Of a stretch of DNA of 64,000 nucleotides, positions 63,487 through 64,000 are shown one piece after another. Every line of letters begins with the position of its first letter. Position 1 is the stretch's first letter. The notes under the pieces were generated by a model. The model searched no databases, was not told the DNA's origin, and was given only the letters and a program-made list of their open reading frames with translations. The stretch is from assembly GCA_964636785.1 (NCBI GenBank), contig CAZWVK010000001.1, forward strand, positions 4,789 to 68,788. Direction: 5' to 3'. This stretch comes from an uncultured Pseudobdellovibrionaceae bacterium. Lineage in GTDB: Bacteria > Bdellovibrionota > Bdellovibrionia > Bdellovibrionales > UBA1609. Position numbers and translations under genes: made by a program.

Positions 63487-63927
63487 TTAAGCCTCCTTAG
63501 TCGAAACAACCTCACATTCAGAGCTCTTCAAACATTCTGATTTTAACCCTTTTAAGGTCTGACTTGTCCATGTCTTAGGTTGAAAAAAACGAGTCGTTGG
63601 CGATCCAAGCCCTTTCCAGAGCTGATCGAGTGCCTCACCAAAGTCCTCTTGTGCGGATCCTGTTGAATAAACAAGCCATTTCGCGGGCAAAAGGTTTTCT
63701 ACGGAAATCAGAGTCCATGGAGAATCTTGGGGAGGTGTGCTCAGAAAATCCAGCGCCTCAAACTCTTCAAAATTTTTCTTCGCTTCGAGCGAATGTGAAG
63801 TTCGTTTATGCGCCCGGCTTTTTGACAATTGAAAATTCAATGGCCATTCCAGGCTCATCTCCCAGGATGAGTTTTCGATATCAGGCACAATCCATAAGTC
63901 GGCGCCACTTGCAAAGTTTCTATTCAT
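63487..63927 (-). CDS. hypothetical protein (146 aa)
   Basis: ORF only. Lies 3 nt upstream of the next gene on the same strand. Confidence 0.5.
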   Translation of the reverse strand: MNRNFASGADLWIVPDIENSSWEMSLEWPLNFQLSKSRAHKRTSHSLEAKKNFEEFEALDFLSTPPQDSPWTLISVENLLPAKWLVYSTGSAQEDFGEALDQLWKGLGSPTTRFFQPKTWTSQTLKGLKSECLKSSECEVVSTKEA

Positions 63928-64000
63928 ACGTCCTCAATTCAATCCGGAAATTTAGTTTTCCGTATTTGATCCAGGATTCCATTCGTAAATGATGCGGAAT

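Noticed and set aside
1-64000. Search by eye for rRNA, tRNA (T-loop GGTTCGAA-type strings in intergenic DNA), CRISPR arrays, integrases and prophage blocks
   Set aside because: None were found. The only mobile-element signature is the RAYT/REP nest. A tRNAscan or Infernal run would be needed to exclude small RNAs formally.

Overview
Gene-dense chromosomal window from a moderately AT-rich Gram-negative bacterium. About 70 genes are supportable, and many are translationally coupled by ATGA, TAATG or GTGA overlaps. The gene content includes a GldA/F/G-type ABC system with a DUF4340-like partner, an AgmX/PglI-type protein, many secreted proteases and lipoproteins, two sigma-54 activators and REC-GAF/REC-Hpt signalling proteins. 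This points to a Bdellovibrionota or delta-proteobacterium-like lineage, but that is inference only.

Core blocks:
- serA plus a FAD-linked (D2HGDH-like) oxidase
- grxD and bolA
- tmk, holB and tatD
- gap, pgk and tpiA
- ilvA, hisC, cmk and rpsA
- sppA, a HIT protein, mce and a rhomboid protease
- fliL and two M16 peptidases

I saw no rRNA, tRNA or CRISPR array.

Most noteworthy observations:
1. A complete archaeal-type topoisomerase VI operon (Top6B and Top6A). It follows a small HNH gene, and the B subunit carries a histone-like lysine tail.
2. A 2.4 kb non-coding nest holding an IS200/RAYT-type HUH-Tyr transposase gene and five REP-like hairpin elements. Their long arms co-vary so that pairing is kept. 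The nest also contains a 352-nt-spaced duplicated segment.
3. A secreted-protein island at 54.5-62.1 kb: two S8 proteases, a Pro-rich lipoprotein, a hyper-acidic EQGQDK-repeat lipoprotein and a Cys-His-motif secreted protein. It is organised around two divergent sigma-54 promoters, one a perfect TGGCAC-N5-TTGC, and a sensor-less sigma-54 activator. Further sigma-54-like promoters precede other lipoprotein genes.
4. A four-gene split phosphorelay operon (REC-output, REC, histidine kinase, Hpt).

Functional calls rest on motifs read by eye. No database search was run.
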